From: Amphiscolops sp. MND2022
Lineage: Eukaryota
Length of the DNA: 64,000 nucleotides
Direction: 5' to 3'
Assembly (NCBI GenBank): GCA_964187785.1
Contig: OZ076409.1
Span: 83,206,001-83,270,000, forward strand
The notes beneath the pieces are model-generated. The model was given only the letters and a program-made list of their open reading frames with translations. It made no database searches and had not been told where the DNA came from. Position numbers and translations under genes: made by a program. Below, in pieces: positions 47,761 through 60,775 of the stretch; positions within the stretch are counted from its first letter, which is position 1, and each line of letters starts with the position of its first letter.

Positions 47761-48900
47761 ATGGATCATAGATATCCAAAAAATTCTCACCTCTTCACAA
47801 TTGACGAAGAAATGCGTTCTGTTTCTACAAATTCTCCCAGGTTGATAAATATTTCGAGCGATTCTGGTGAGGAGTTTCTCACGGAGCAACCCAACTCAGA
47901 ACCCATAGACCTGAGATTCAGAATCGGGGGACCACTTAATGACCTCATGACCGCATTCGTAAATGGAGACGCTGCAAGATTGTTCGCCGTAAGCGAACCT
48001 GAGTCGAGAGAAGATTCTTGATTGATATCACAGGTACTGATATCGAAAGAGTGATGCTGAGCAAGATCTCAGAAGATACTGATTTACCTAACATTTCACT
48101 GATTTCATTCTTCAAATCAAGCGGAAGCAATAGTGAAGAATTGCTCTTAAATGCCAGCTTCGCAAATGTCCCTAGAAACAACTATGGTAGTCCTGTGTTG
48201 GCTGTTCCGCCTGAGAGATCCGAAAGACCAGCAAGACAAACACCTACGCGATCTAATACTGACAGCAATATCGCTCCAGCGAGGAAATGGGCCGCTCAGA
48301 CCCATACCAATTACGCCCGTGGTAATCTCACATGAGATTCCCCAACCGAACTATAATCGCCCATATAACGGGGGAGGAATACTGCAAACACCTATGAAAA
48401 ATCAGTTCGGTGTACCGGTCACTCAATTCCAATTTCCTAATTTGGCTGCTCAAAACATGATACAACCCCAATACAACCCAAGCACAGAAATATTGCAACC
48501 AAATGGGCCTGTCAATGTTGCATATTGTTATAATGCCAATGGTCAGTTGTTCCTGGACACCCAAGGCACTCATAGCAATATGGAGACGACTGATGTGGGT
48601 CCTGCTCGGAGTGACAACAATGTACAACAACAGAGGAACCCCTTACGAAGGCAACTGAACCCTCCTGTTATGCCTCATGTTCAGGGGAATTGTCACTGGT
48701 GCGGCAGGACTTACGACGAAGTTGCTCTTGATGCTCTGGCGGCCTATACAGCTACGACTGAATACCCAGGCGAGACAGTGAGAGATAGAAACATCAGATC
48801 ATGGGCTTATCCAGATGGGTTCGAGGCTGCACTCATTTGCTTCAAGAATGCTGGCCTGTCGCAGCCTAGAGCTTGCGTTGGATCCGCGGTGCAGCATTGA
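47761..48900 (+). pseudogene. Sense accessory ORF of element C (frameshifted pieces), SIM-like motifs, stop inside the 3' LTR
   Basis: Overlapping ORFs 47761-48021, 48018-48335 and 48151-48900 with motifs LINISSDSGEE, LIDITGTD and PVVISHEIP. Confidence 0.65.
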
Positions 48901-50352
48901 AGGCAAATGACTCACCCATCTGCAGTGAATTCAGAGAAAACTCATCGCTTCATGAAACTTGTATTGTATGGATTTATACATAACTTTTGATTATCAGCTA
49001 TGTCTGAATTTGTTTGCTATTGTCGCTAGCCATATTTGTAAAACAATACTCATTCATAAATCGTTTACCAAATGTTACATGGTGTTAACTTATTTGACGC
49101 ATAATACTGTTTAGTGTGGATTTTCGTGAAAAGAATAAATTATATGTGGCTTCTTTGTAACATTATTGCATACTGACTTAAGTATTTGAATTGATTTGCT
49201 GTACTAAGTTTGCAGCATATTGCAGTACAATTTCACCCTTTCAATATTCCTAATCATGGCATTTGAGTGTATGATCCATCATAACAATTTGATCACGCAT
49301 GCAGTAATATGTTGGAATTAATACTTGCACTACATGTGAGTCATACTACGTGTTGCCACATTTTTCTCATTGACGTTGAACGAATCGGTACAGTTAGTGT
49401 GATGACCAATCAAAATGCAGGAAAATATTCGTCATGCAGGAATCTATTTATAGAAGTGATGTAACTTACAAACCTATTTTTATATCAGATTGGGTACTAT
49501 TTTTAGTAATTACATAATCGTGATGTAATCATGACATTCCAAAAATTGGTTGTCATGCCGTTAAAATTAGCCCTTATCAAAAAGGAGAATAAAAAACCCA
49601 ATAATATTCATTCAACAGAAAACTTTTAGACTGGTCAGACCTTTCTTTCATCCTCACAACCTTTGTTTCAATTTTGATAACTTAACATTATGCGCATTTT
49701 CTTCAACTTTATTTCAATCCAATTTTAATTTGCTCATCATTGTAATTGAAATTCTTCTCTCCAAAACAGCATTTTAACCTGACTAAAATGGGTAACAAGA
49801 GAAATAGAAGATCTAGACGAGGACAATCACCCTCCTTTGAGAGATAGTTGAGCACATCCGAAATAGAAACATCACAAGGTAATGAAACTGTTATCGAAAC
49901 TTTAAGTAACTTTGAAAAAGTTAGTTCAGTTAGGGACGAAGAAATAGCTCTAGACAGTGGAACACAAAATGAAAACGAAATGCAAATTTGGACCCGAAGA
50001 AAATCAGATAAAACGAACAAAGAAGTAGCAAACTTAAGGAAAGAAATGGATGAAAAACCAGAGAAAATACTGAAAGAGATGAAAAATAACAGAAGAACAC
50101 AATCCGTACCAAACAGACGATATCGAGAACAAAACACCCCCAGAGCAGGAACCTCAAAATACGCAAGTAATGAAGACGATGGAGAAAACGCATCTGAACC
50201 AGAAAATCAAGAATGTGAAATACAGGATAAACCTTTCAGGTCATCTAATTTAAACGAACTTAGAACGCCAATACAACCTTTGAACATACAAAACATTGAT
50301 CTAACCGACTCTGTGGTCATAAATGAGGACCGCACAGGAGAGGATTATCACA
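48857..50352 (+). repeat. 3' LTR of element C
   Basis: Copy of 25604..27099, followed by TSD CATCT. Confidence 0.93.
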
Positions 50353-51888
50353 CATCTTTAACTCAATCGATTAGCTTTGCAAAGAGAATATTCGCCTTGC
50401 TCACGATTTCGCAAGATCCAAAAAGATCGAGATTCACGTAAATTGTTGTGAAATCATCGCCGTTATATGTTGTGACAGAAAACACCAAAAGGATTATTAG
50501 ATTTCTTCTACGCTTCAATTTTGTTTCTCACTCATTTTTTAAATGCGCGCTTGGGTTTCGCGTTTCTTTTCCAACCATTCCAATATCAAGTTGAGTTGTA
50601 TCAGTGAAAATATAAATTCTTCTTCCGGTTTGCTAAGATCAAGTTACAACTCATTTCCTTTCGAAGGAAATCGTTCCGTCATCAGCCATGATTTCGTGAT
50701 AATAACAAATCAGTAATTATAAAGTAAATTTTGGCATAAAAGACGTCGATAAATAACACGAGGCATGAACTGTTCCGAGTTTGTGTGAAATAAATTAGAA
50801 GTGGCAAATTTTTGCTTCATTAGGGTAAAGAGGAATAACTAAATGCTGTTAGGAGGGTATATAATGTTGTGTACTGTTTTTCGATTGATTCTGATTTTTT
50901 TCAGAAAAGACCATATGAAATCAAAAGAGGAAAGCAGCAGTCTTAGAAGTGGAGGAACCCGTGAGTCCCATACTTATTGGAATCCACCGGCCGCAGAGCG
51001 TAGAAATGACAGACCAAGTTGTTCAACTTTCGGGATCTTCTAATGCAAAGTCTCAAAACTTGAGGAAATCTGAAATTTAAGAGCAAAAAACCTCTTCGAA
51101 ATAAAAAATCTCAGCCGAAGTTAAGAGTTTATTTGCCAAATCTCAACACTCGTTAGTCCAAGACCTGAAGTCAGGAAAAAAGAGAACACTACAGAAGTCA
51201 TAGAATCCCCTAGTTGTGATACCCCAAGAATGAAATCTACTCCCATTAGGGTAATGCATTTCGAAGACGTCGAAAACTGCGGACCTAGTGAGTCTCGTAA
51301 CGATTCAGTCTCACGCCTTGGGGAGGAATAACTGGCGGAAGCATTGTCGAAGCAAAGTTTCAGTGCCGAAGTTTTCAAGGCGACGTTTTTCACCTTATAT
51401 GCACTTTGCGTGGGCGCCCTGCTCAAGGCTCATTTTTCCTCCAAAAATTGCTCCTTCTCTAAAATACCCCAAAATGGATCTTTTGGTCTTCCTTCTGCCT
51501 TTGCTAAAGAATAAACTTTGGTCTAGCTTGGGTCTCGAAGTCATGCTTCCCATGCCCTCTTCAGCAGCCTGAGATATTTCCGTTAACCTCGAGACCAACT
51601 AGGAAGCACTTTCTTTTTTTCCCACCAGCTTTTAGTAGCTATTGGCAGAAACGGTTGAATTTTTTAAATTCCGGTGCTGAAACTAAGATTTTTTGATATT
51701 TAAGGAAACGGAAAATAACAGTGGCAGGTACTGTTCAGTTGGGACGAGCTCAGGCAACCCGAATAGTTAAACTCCCAAATCTAAAAAAAAACAAAGTGAG
51801 AATATCATCAATTAACTAATCGAAAGTATTTTGAAGTAGAGGTTGTTTGAAGCTAAATGGACTATTGAAATAAATACAAATTTGTACA

Positions 51889-52098
51889 TTAGTCATCGTC
51901 GTCTTCGTAAATGAAAAGCTCGCTTTCTTCCAAGAAACTTGCCATTTCTTTCGCCGCCCACGCTCCTAAGAGAATAGATACGGGAAACATGACGGCTTCT
52001 GGTATGATTGCAAACAGGTTTTGATAAGGCTTGGCGGCGATGCCCCCGTTGATGTTCAGCTTCAATTGAGGGGGTTTCTGATACTCAATTTCGCGCGT
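51889..52098 (-). CDS. SMDT1: EMRE (essential MCU regulator)-like host gene, last coding exon; upstream exon not resolved
   Basis: GGIAAKP, one hydrophobic helix, then AKEMASFLEESELFIYEDDDD-stop, the characteristic EMRE C-terminus. Pyrimidine tract and CAG acceptor at 52099-52101. Confidence 0.8.
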   Translation of the reverse strand, partial: TREIEYQKPPQLKLNINGGIAAKPYQNLFAIIPEAVMFPVSILLGAWAAKEMASFLEESELFIYEDDDD

Positions 52099-52875
52099 CT
52101 GGAACAAGAAAAAGAACTCAATTGACATTTCGTAATCAATTAAAATTGGAATACCTAGAGTTGTATCGATTAGTAGACACTGTTAATTTTGAGAAATTTG
52201 ACAAAATTTCTGGAGACAAAAATTTTGTCTCCCAGCACAGCTTATCCTCGTCAGTACACCGAGAAGTAAAAAAACTGACAAAAAACTGGCTTATTTTTAA
52301 TGCTCATTTTCTCTACGAATAATAGCCACAGCTCAGATCGGTTTTCTGCTCCTGAAAGCTTTTTACGTAAGCTTTAAAATGCACACTAGTTAAGCTGGGA
52401 GCTGGCGCCACTTTTTGGAGTGAAAGCGCCACCCCGGCGGCGCGGGCACAACTTCGCCGGTCGAACTCTTAGCTGAAGCTTCATCAAAAAAAACTTTTAT
52501 ATGCGTTTTCATTGGTGGCAAACTGGTGTTACTAGAGTCTGACAGTAACTTAGCAAACAGTTGCTGTGTTATTGAGAAAAAGCTAAATTTCTGAAAAGTA
52601 TTTTTTGCAAATTTTCACTTTTTGCCAGTTGCTTTTTTGCCGGTGGTTCGAAAAACAGACTATATTGACACAAATGACAACTCGCCCCAAATAGTCCAAT
52701 AGTTTATTGACAAGAAAGACAAACTTTCGTTTTCCTATATGCTTTTTGCGTTTCGTAATTTTTTATTGATTGTGAAAAAATGCTGTCCTCATTTGAGGAC
52801 GAAATGATTAACGAGGTTATAGTATGTAAATCCAGGGTCTTTGCCGCAGCTTAAATGTGTTAAGCTTTGGGTCTT

Positions 52876-53229
52876 CCCAATGCCAAACATCTTGAGACTC
52901 TTGCCAAGATCTTGTATAATATTACATATTCCCGTTTACTCTTGAAAGCTTTGATAAGATCTTGTTTACTCTTGCTTCACACAAACCTCTTGACATTCTT
53001 GATAGGAATCTTGGTAAGAGTCATATTATCAAGAGTGTCAAGAGAATGAATAACTTTTAAAACAGACAACAATAATTGTTCACACTACCAGCTACACTAT
53101 CGTTCTTTGAGGTATTGGCAAGATCGTACGTATTTTTGGTGCTCTTGATAAGAATCTTGCCAAGATTCTTACCAAGGGTTTCACAAAAATGCACGATTTT
53201 TATCGAGTTTCAAAAGTTTTCTCACTGGG
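52876..53229. mobile_element. Non-autonomous DNA transposon with CCC...GGG termini (CMC/EnSpm-like)
   Basis: CCCAATG...CACTGGG ends, TT on both sides, and many internal TCTTG/CAAGA subrepeats. Confidence 0.5.
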
Positions 53230-53929
53230 TTGCTGGGTTGCCTTCTAATTTTCTCATTGCAAGATTACAACATTTAAGAAGTGTAATAACCAGATGATTG
53301 AAAATTCAGCATTGTATAGCTGTTTTGTTTTAAACCTTTTGAATTTACAAAAAAAAATTTGGGCAGGATGCCTGATCAATGTCAACAGAGTGAAAGTTAA
53401 TTTAAAATTTAATTTAACAAGCTTTAAAGAAACATCAGGATAGTTTTTGTTCAATATCCGGCCTCTTTCATCAACCAAAATCATTACCAAATTATTGAAT
53501 GTTCCATATCAATATCTGATCACATAATGAGTTTTATCGTGTGAACCCAAATTTGTTCCCAAATTTGTTCAATTGAAATGAACAACGATCCTTTCTGATT
53601 TTCGATCAGGCGCTTGTTTGTTGGTGTTGGTAAACAATTCTAATTTGCCAAGATGCTTTTCGGTTCATGTACGGTTAAGGATCATAATTTATCGATACTT
53701 TACTAGGTGAACTAAAAAAAGTGATACGTGCCAAAAAATTAATTGACTTTCAGAACTCAAATTAACAGGTACATTGAACAAATTTAGAACAAAAAACCAC
53801 CACCCTTTCGGTCACACAAGTCCAAGCGTCTTTGAAAACCAAAATGTGGCTCTTTCGAATGTCACTTCGGGCGTTTGACAAAACTCGAATCAATTTTATC
53901 TCGTAGCTGAGTTATTGTTTGAGGCAGAT

Positions 53930-54690
53930 GGCGATGCACTTTTTCTTTGATGTAATTCCAAAACAAAACAAGACGCCCACCATGCACCAGATTTTTTCCG
54001 TCTTCAATTGAAACCTCCTTGGAAAACGTAATTTACTTCGGATATAACGTCAAAATTCGGATAAAGCGTGCTGGCACAAACTGGAACGCTTGTTTTCGAA
54101 CCTTTGCCTCCTCCTTTGTAAAACGCAATATTAAATATAAAATAGAGTAAAAGGTGGAGATTTGGCAGAATTTGGAAAAAATGCCACACAGGCTATAATT
54201 TTGCTCCTCATACACAATAAACTGTGGCGGCGGAAAAAAATAATCAAGAGGATTAATATATGGTGATTTAGAAGACCAACTTGAATAATCACTGACATAC
54301 TGAGAAGGTTGAGCTGAAATTGTTTTCCGGAAAAATATTTCCAAAAGTTGAATGCTTTCAAAGGATGTATGCGAGCTAGCATCGTCTTGTAGCTGGTATT
54401 GATGATTTTGTAAAACAAAATATGGCCCAAAAATTATCCGTCAGGTGAGGGAGCCCATACTGTCAGTGTTTTTTGGTGGAAAGCAAATATCATCATACAT
54501 TGTATTTCCTAATGGGGCGTCACTCTTCTGATGAAATCGGGCGTTTGTTGGATGTAAATTTCCATCCAAATAGAAAGTTGCCTCATCTGAAAAATTGAGG
54601 TTTCTGAGATATCGTAGAGTCGCGAATTTCCTGGAGAAAATGTCTGGCAAATGTTGCCCGTCGAAATTTGTGCCGATTGTCTTCAAAAAT
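53930..54690 (-). pseudogene. Tc1/mariner-superfamily transposase relic
   Basis: FSDEATFYLDG, IFGPYF, LQDDASSHT and WSSKSPYINPLDYF correspond to the FSDE, QDGAxxH and WPxxSPDLNPxD motifs; frameshifted. Confidence 0.7.
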
Positions 54691-54766
54691 TCGTCTCCTG
54701 AGTGAAAACCTTTATTTCATCAGTTTCCTTGTCCGAATGAATGTTGTTTGTGTCTATTCAACGTCG

Positions 54767-55326
54767 TTTTTTAGTCGGTGCTTTTCTAGGGAAAAGAGCC
54801 CGACTATTACCGTGTTTTTTTCTGTCAGACCACAGACCTCATCGTGTATGTACCACTTTTTAGTACAGACTTTACTCGGTTTACGGTGAACCCAGCGGTC
54901 ACGGGTTCGAGTCCTTGCTTTAGCCAGAAAGTGTTTCGAGCATTTGCGAAGGCGGAAGAGACTGAAGGGTCCCCTCTTTCAATTTTTTTCGGCACTGTGC
55001 GACTTTTTATCGAACTTTTTTGCCTTCAAAGGCATCCACTTTCAAGTTTTTTTGATATTGTGCAGCAAACTTATGTGCCAAAAAGCTCAAAGGGTCTCTC
55101 CTTTTATGTATTTCGGCACTATGAGACTGTTTCGAAAACTGAAAAAAATTCGAAAATTTTTGAAATTTCTTTTGTCTCCAAAGGGTCCCCCCTTCAATTT
55201 GTTTGATATTTTGCAACAAATTGGGTTTTCAAAAAACCCGAAGGGTCCCCCCTTTTACAGGCCTACAAACTTTGCGCTTTTTGAGCCTCAGATATAGCGC
55301 CGACTTCAGACGTTCCCGTCTTGTTT
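54767..55326 (+). mobile_element. HINE/DINE-1-like non-autonomous Helentron element
   Basis: T-run, subterminal IR AGTCGGTGCT with adjacent hairpin, internal repeats, then AGCGCCGACT plus short stem-loop AGACG-TTCC-CGTCT and TGTTT. Confidence 0.7.
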
Positions 55327-55838
55327 CTACTTGATTGAAAAGGGGTCATTGAAAGCGATTCTTTTAATGTTTCTAAGCTGTATATATCCATCTTTGTTCT
55401 TGGTCGGTCTGAATTTTTGATATTTTGATAGATTATTTAATCAAAACAATGAAATCGCCGGAAAGTTCTGTTCATTATCGACAACAAAACGGTTCTTTGA
55501 ACGTTCTGCGATACTAAAGTTCGAAATTCGTGATGAGAACTCATAAATCATTTTCACTATCAATTTTCGAATTTCAAGACTCAAAGAGTTTCCATTTCTG
55601 AAAATTGATAGCCGTAAAAGTGAACTCACCAGTGGTTCTGATGTTTTGTTGCCAAATAGTTTCAAAAACCATAGTGAAACTTTGCACTCTCGAGTGCGTG
55701 CGATTTGGCATTTACATTTTTGCACATTCTAGCAAATTTTAATATGGTGCAGTGAACAAGATTCATTTTACCGAAAACAAAGAAAACAGAACTACGGGAA
55801 CAAAAAAGAAACCGAAACCAAGATGAGGGACAACTGAC

Positions 55839-56441
55839 AACAAGACGGGAACGTCTAAAGTCGGCGCTATGTCTAGGGCTCAAAAAAGCTCAATTTTTAA
55901 AAAATTTGTTAAAGGGAGGACCCTTTCAACTTTTTGAAAATCCAGTCTGTTGCAAAATATCAAAAAAATTGAGGGGGGACCCTTTGGAGACATTTGAAAA
56001 ATATAATTTTTTTGGAAAACTTTTCGGAAAAAAACGAAAAATGAGATTTTTGAAAGTCTCATAGTGCCGAAAAACTAGAAAGGGACGACCCTTTGGGCTT
56101 TTTGAAACTTCAGTTTGCTGCAAAATATCAAAAAACTTGAAGGGGAGACCCTTTGGCGACAAAACAATTTCGAAAAAAAGTCGCACAGTGCCGAAAAAAA
56201 TTGAAAGAGTCGCACAGTGCCGAAAAAATTGCTCGAAAAAGTTTCTAGCTAAAGCAAGGACTCGAACCCGTGACCGCTGGGTTCACCGTAAACCGAGTAC
56301 TGACGAGTACATGTGAGCGAGAGTGAAGTCTGTAAAAAGTGGTACATACGCGATGAGGTCTGTGGTCTGACGAAAAAAAAAGAAAAAAACTAGCCACTGT
56401 AAGAGTCGGGCACTTTTCCCTAGAAAAGCGCCGACTAAAAA
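55839..56441 (-). mobile_element. Second HINE-like copy, inverted relative to 54767..55326
   Basis: Same termini and internal motifs in reverse complement. Confidence 0.7.
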
Positions 56442-56559
56442 CAACCGGAAATGGAATCGAAAACACCAGACGGAAAAATGTATACACACAAAGAAAGTTC
56501 AGAAAAATTCTTAAGAATTTAAACAACATAAGTTCGACAAAGCGCCTTTTTTAGTAGAA

Positions 56560-57010
56560 GGAACAATGACAGCCACGAGTTGGGCTTTAAAAGCAGATGC
56601 AGTGAAAGAAGCGCTAATTGGGGGATTGCAACCTGTCGAATAACAAGAGTCAGATACAACAAAAAAACAGGCGTTATCAAAACCGATGAACTTATCAAAA
56701 GTTTACACAGCTAATTTTTTAAGGAAAAAAACCAAATGCGCAACCCAGGATGTTTTTTGGGCAAAACGGATGCAAAATACGGAAACTCCGGACCGGACGA
56801 AATTTGGAGAAAATTGTTGTGACATTCGAAGAGTGTGACTCCACACGAAGCACACCAGATAATCCAATATTATCGAAATTCACAACGGCAGTTGCGGACA
56901 ATAAACTACGGCACAAACTGATGAAGTATAATACACCGGACATATGAAAAACAACCTGTTTGAATAAACGCGCACCAACAACAGAGAAAACAAAATCAAC
57001 ACAATACCAA
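56560..57010 (+). pseudogene. Possible retrotransposon gag relic
   Basis: EECD...ILSKFTTAVADNKLRHKLMK resembles the C-terminal helices of Gypsy-type capsids; heavily degraded. Confidence 0.3.
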
Positions 57011-57139
57011 ATGCTCTGAAATAAATCGGGTGAAAAAGTGGAATAAAAGTGCTCCAGGTCGGTGCAAAAAAGTGCAAAAATGCTAGAAAGCAAAAGGAGC
57101 TATGATCGGATGCCACAACTCTTCCTTTCTGTTCTAATC

Positions 57140-58283
57140 TGTATTTCAGTGGTGTATCACTTATTCCAGTGGTTTTTTCGGTAATTTTTGATTTAAACCA
57201 GTGACTTTTTCAGTGATTTTACATCCTAATCCAGTGGTTTTTTTCTGTAATTTTATATTTAAACCAGTGGTTTTTTCAGTGATTTCAGATCTTGTTCCAG
57301 TGTTTTTTCTGTAATTTTAGACTTAGACCAGTGGCTTTTTCAGTGATTTTAGATCTTGCTCCAGTGTTTTTTTGGTAATTTTAGACTTCTTCCAGTGGTT
57401 TTCTAGTGATTTTAGATCTCACTTCAGTGTTTTTTCGGTACTTTTAGATCTTATTCCAGGGATTATCCAGTGAGTTAAGATCTTATTCCCCGGGTTGACC
57501 ACCATACAAAAAACATGTAGATCATAAAATGTCATATATGGTGTTTATGAAATCAGTTCAGCCATAAAATGATCATACAAAAAGATCTATGGTCATTTTA
57601 TGAGAAACATGTTTCCCATACTATGGTCATTTTATGGAACGAATGGTTTCCATAGTTTGTTAAAACTATGAAAAACGTGCTTTTTAAACAAGTTTTCACT
57701 GTAAACATTAATTTGGCAAAAATTAGAGTTCCTCTGTCTAACACGGTGACTTTTACGGTTTTTCATCTTTAAAACTTCAAAAACATACTTTGAAAACATG
57801 CATTCCATGAAATAACCATACTTTGAAAACATGGTTCAAATTATGTTGAGCTTTCAGCAAAAGTGGCCACTTCCAGAAGAAATTATGAGTCCTAATATGA
57901 CTTGTATTTTGTGAGGATAGTAACAGAAGAGCAGGTTTCGTCTAAGTGCCATACTTCAAAAAACATGATTTCCATAGAATGACCATACTTGAAAACATGG
58001 TTTCCATGAAATGGTCATACTTGAAAACATGGTTTCCATAAAAGGGCCATACAGTTATATGAAATCATGCAATCCATACAATGAACTTATATGGAAAACA
58101 TTAAAGTCATTACAAGAACATAAAATGTTTTTTTGTATGGCAACTAATTTCCATATATGGAAACATTTTATGGTTTGCATGTCAGGTCAACCCGGGTCCA
58201 GTGGTTTTTTCGGTAATGTTAGATCTTATTCCAGTAGCTTTTCGATAATTCTACATCTTATTCCTGTGGTTTTTCCAGTAATA
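57140..58283. repeat. About 30-bp minisatellite (CCAGTGGTTTTTTCGGTAATTTTAGATCTTATT) interrupted by a MITE
   Basis: Degenerate tandem units at about 57140-57488 and 58197-58283. Confidence 0.8.
57489..58196. mobile_element. MITE with 12-bp TIR CCCGGGTTGACC and 2-bp TSD (TC), CMC/EnSpm-like
   Basis: TIRs at 57489-57500 and 58185-58196. It splits one minisatellite unit and duplicates TC; internal CATACTTGAAAACATG repeats. Confidence 0.75.
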
Positions 58284-58408
58284 CCCCATTTTGTGGTGGC
58301 CACCGGTGGTCCACCACTGGCCACCACAAAATGTGTCATGGCCACCGGCGGGGCTGCGATGGGAAGTGCAGTGGCCACCGGAGGGTTGCCCTGGGTTGTC
58401 AGCACGGG
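58284..58408. mobile_element. Small GC-rich CCC...GGG element flanked by TA, with a 16-bp perfect hairpin
   Basis: CATTTTGTGGTGGCCA / TGGCCACCACAAAATG inverted repeat and repeated TGGCCACC motifs. Confidence 0.5.
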
Positions 58409-59199
58409 TAAATTTTGACTAGTTTATGAAAATATATACCCTCGAAACTTTTTAGATCACTACTGTAACAAACAGGTGTAATTCCCAGCTGTTCAAACCC
58501 CGGTATGAAGAGTTTAGTCCGTTCAATCATTGACTTGGTTCTTCATATAATAAAAGAATTTTATCGAAACTTGATCTGCTCGTATCCAGGTTTACATAAT
58601 TCCGGTATTTCTCTCTGCAAATAAATTATGAATTGTTCCAGAAACTTTTCTTGTGCTGGGAAGAACTTTTGTCAATTTAGGCTATAGCGGAAATTGTAAT
58701 GTGACATTATAAAAACCAAATTTATTGTTTATAAAGACGAGCTAGTTCATGCCCTTTCTTAATCCTTTTATCTTAGATATGCTAATTTGTAGAATAAACA
58801 CCTTGTCTTGAAACAATTATCCATAAGGAAGGTTTACCTTCAATTGACCCAGATTGCAAATTTGTAGTATGTGAAAATTGTGGAAAAGATACTTCAGAAT
58901 CATTTGTTTGGCTAACCTGGGATAGTCTACGCCTGATGTTCCGGCCCATAATTGAAGGTCGTCTCAATAATAACGTGGCAGTCTGGCGTGAAGGCATATT
59001 TCTAGGCTGTGAATACTTTTCTTGTTCAGTTTCTGTAGAACGGCCGAAATTATAAATATATTCAAGCACGCATGGCTTACTTAAGTCGTCTGGCTATGTT
59101 TGAAACATAAACACACGGAGCTTTCTTGTTTTTGCTGATCAAATTTATTCGGATTTCTTGCCGGTCAGGAGTCAGATCCGAAGAAAGTGTTGGCGACGA

Positions 59200-60775
59200 A
59201 AGCACGACAGTCCAGAATTATTGTGCACACGTTCAAATTTACTCTGGCTAGTGCGCTGGACAACGTTTGATGTGTGTATGTATTAGGATTGGCAAGTTGG
59301 TGTGTATTGTGGCGTCAGATTGAATCGAAGCTGTTTGACCTGGTAAAACACAATAAGCAATACGAAGAGAGATACGCACGTCGTTTGAGTCTAAAATTGA
59401 CAGCAAAATGAAGATAAATGTTACAGATGTAACTAACCATATACATTAAGGCGGTAAGGTTTGTAAAGTATGTACAAATTTGATTGCACAGTCGTAGTTT
59501 GCAGAAACAGGGAAAGAGATAGTTGGATTGGTTTGCTTTTGCCGTGCGTTTTGGTATACACAATATGAAAGAATATATATTCCTTATATGGTAATGTCAA
59601 AAATGGTAATAATGAAGCCAAGATAGCTCAAACAACCAAGACAGAATACAAAAGCCGTTTCATCGGTTCATCAGGCATTGTCTATTGTCAGAATTACAAT
59701 TTTATATATGTACAAATAGAACTATTTGTTTTTTATGCCAAACGACTGAATTAAAACATCAACTCATAGAAAAAGTGGGAAAAGGAGAAAATCGAGATAT
59801 CGCCAGTATATACTGAATAATATGTTTTTCCCAATTAACGCACATCCTTGTATGCAAGTTTAAATGGATTGGCATACATGCAACTTCAAAACTGCAGTGC
59901 CTGATGAAATCGCTTTGAAGTGGCGGCAATGTTTTGGAAATTCGTGAAACGTAAAAACAATTTTTTTCAAAGAAAGCTAAAATTTTTGAAAAAAGCTCAT
60001 GTTTCCGTTTGAAAGGTTTTCCGTATGACTGATGTTTTTTTGTTTTTTCTTTGACGCCATGTTAACAAGTTGTGAAGATTAACATCACGTTGGTTACAAA
60101 AGAGAAAATTTTCTTTTTTGTAACCATTGTAACGTTAATATTTTTCGCAACTTGTGAAAACCAAAACGCACATACTCCTAAGAGGATTGTGAAAAAGCCA
60201 AGAGTTTACAAATTGTAGAAAAGTAGAAAAATTAGTTAAACAATTAATGGGGACAAAAATGGCAAGTTAGACGGTGGAATGTCGAAGCGATAAAGTCTTT
60301 ACATCCTACTCCACGTAGCGAAAGGTCTCGTTGGTTCTTTGATGTCACATTCACAAAAATGTTACAAAGCTCGCCTTACTTTTGCCGTTGATACTCTCTG
60401 GGCATAAAACATGCAACGAATTCTGATATTTCAAAGTGATCACGACTTCATTTGATCTGATGGGAGTACAACTGACATCATGTAAAAACCTTTTGGGTAT
60501 AATACAAGCACCGAGAATACATTTTGTTTAAAATAGGTCTCGGAAACAACCATTGACTTTTTTAAAAAAAAAAGAAAAAAAAGCTGAAACAAATGCAACG
60601 ACGAAGCGGAAATTTGAAAAACAACCATAATACTTTGGTACGTCTCATCTTTACATTTACAGTACGTACGCATTAGTTCAAATCTGCTTTTGTCCTGTGA
60701 GATGAGACAAATTAAAATGGAAAAAAATACAAAAAAACTCATTTGCGTGTGAATTGTCATCTCATGGAATAGCAT
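59200..60775 (-). pseudogene. Possible decayed multi-pass membrane protein (GPCR-like) gene
   Basis: Series of hydrophobic short ORFs (60440-60775, 59433-59621, 59315-59563 with CNIYLHFAVNFR, resembling TM7/helix 8). Weak. Confidence 0.25.

Larger units (their letters stand above)
25604..50352 (+). mobile_element. Ty3/Gypsy LTR retrotransposon C (decayed) with accessory cassette, interrupted by a BEL/Pao element
   Basis: 1496-bp LTRs at 25604..27099 and 48857..50352, TSD CATCT (25599-603 and 50353-57), PBS at 27100, and gag/pol remnants. Confidence 0.95.

Noticed and set aside
50843..51598. Cluster of short ORFs on both strands as a host gene
   Set aside because: No recognisable domain and no consistent splice model could be built by eye.
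54844..56529. F/K-rich ORFs of 60-120 aa
   Set aside because: They derive from low-complexity internal repeats of the HINE-like elements.
57140..58283. CRISPR array
   Set aside because: Degenerate head-to-tail units without unique spacers, no cas genes, eukaryotic context.
58011..58418. 135-aa ORF
   Set aside because: It spans a MITE end, minisatellite units and a second small element; a chance frame.
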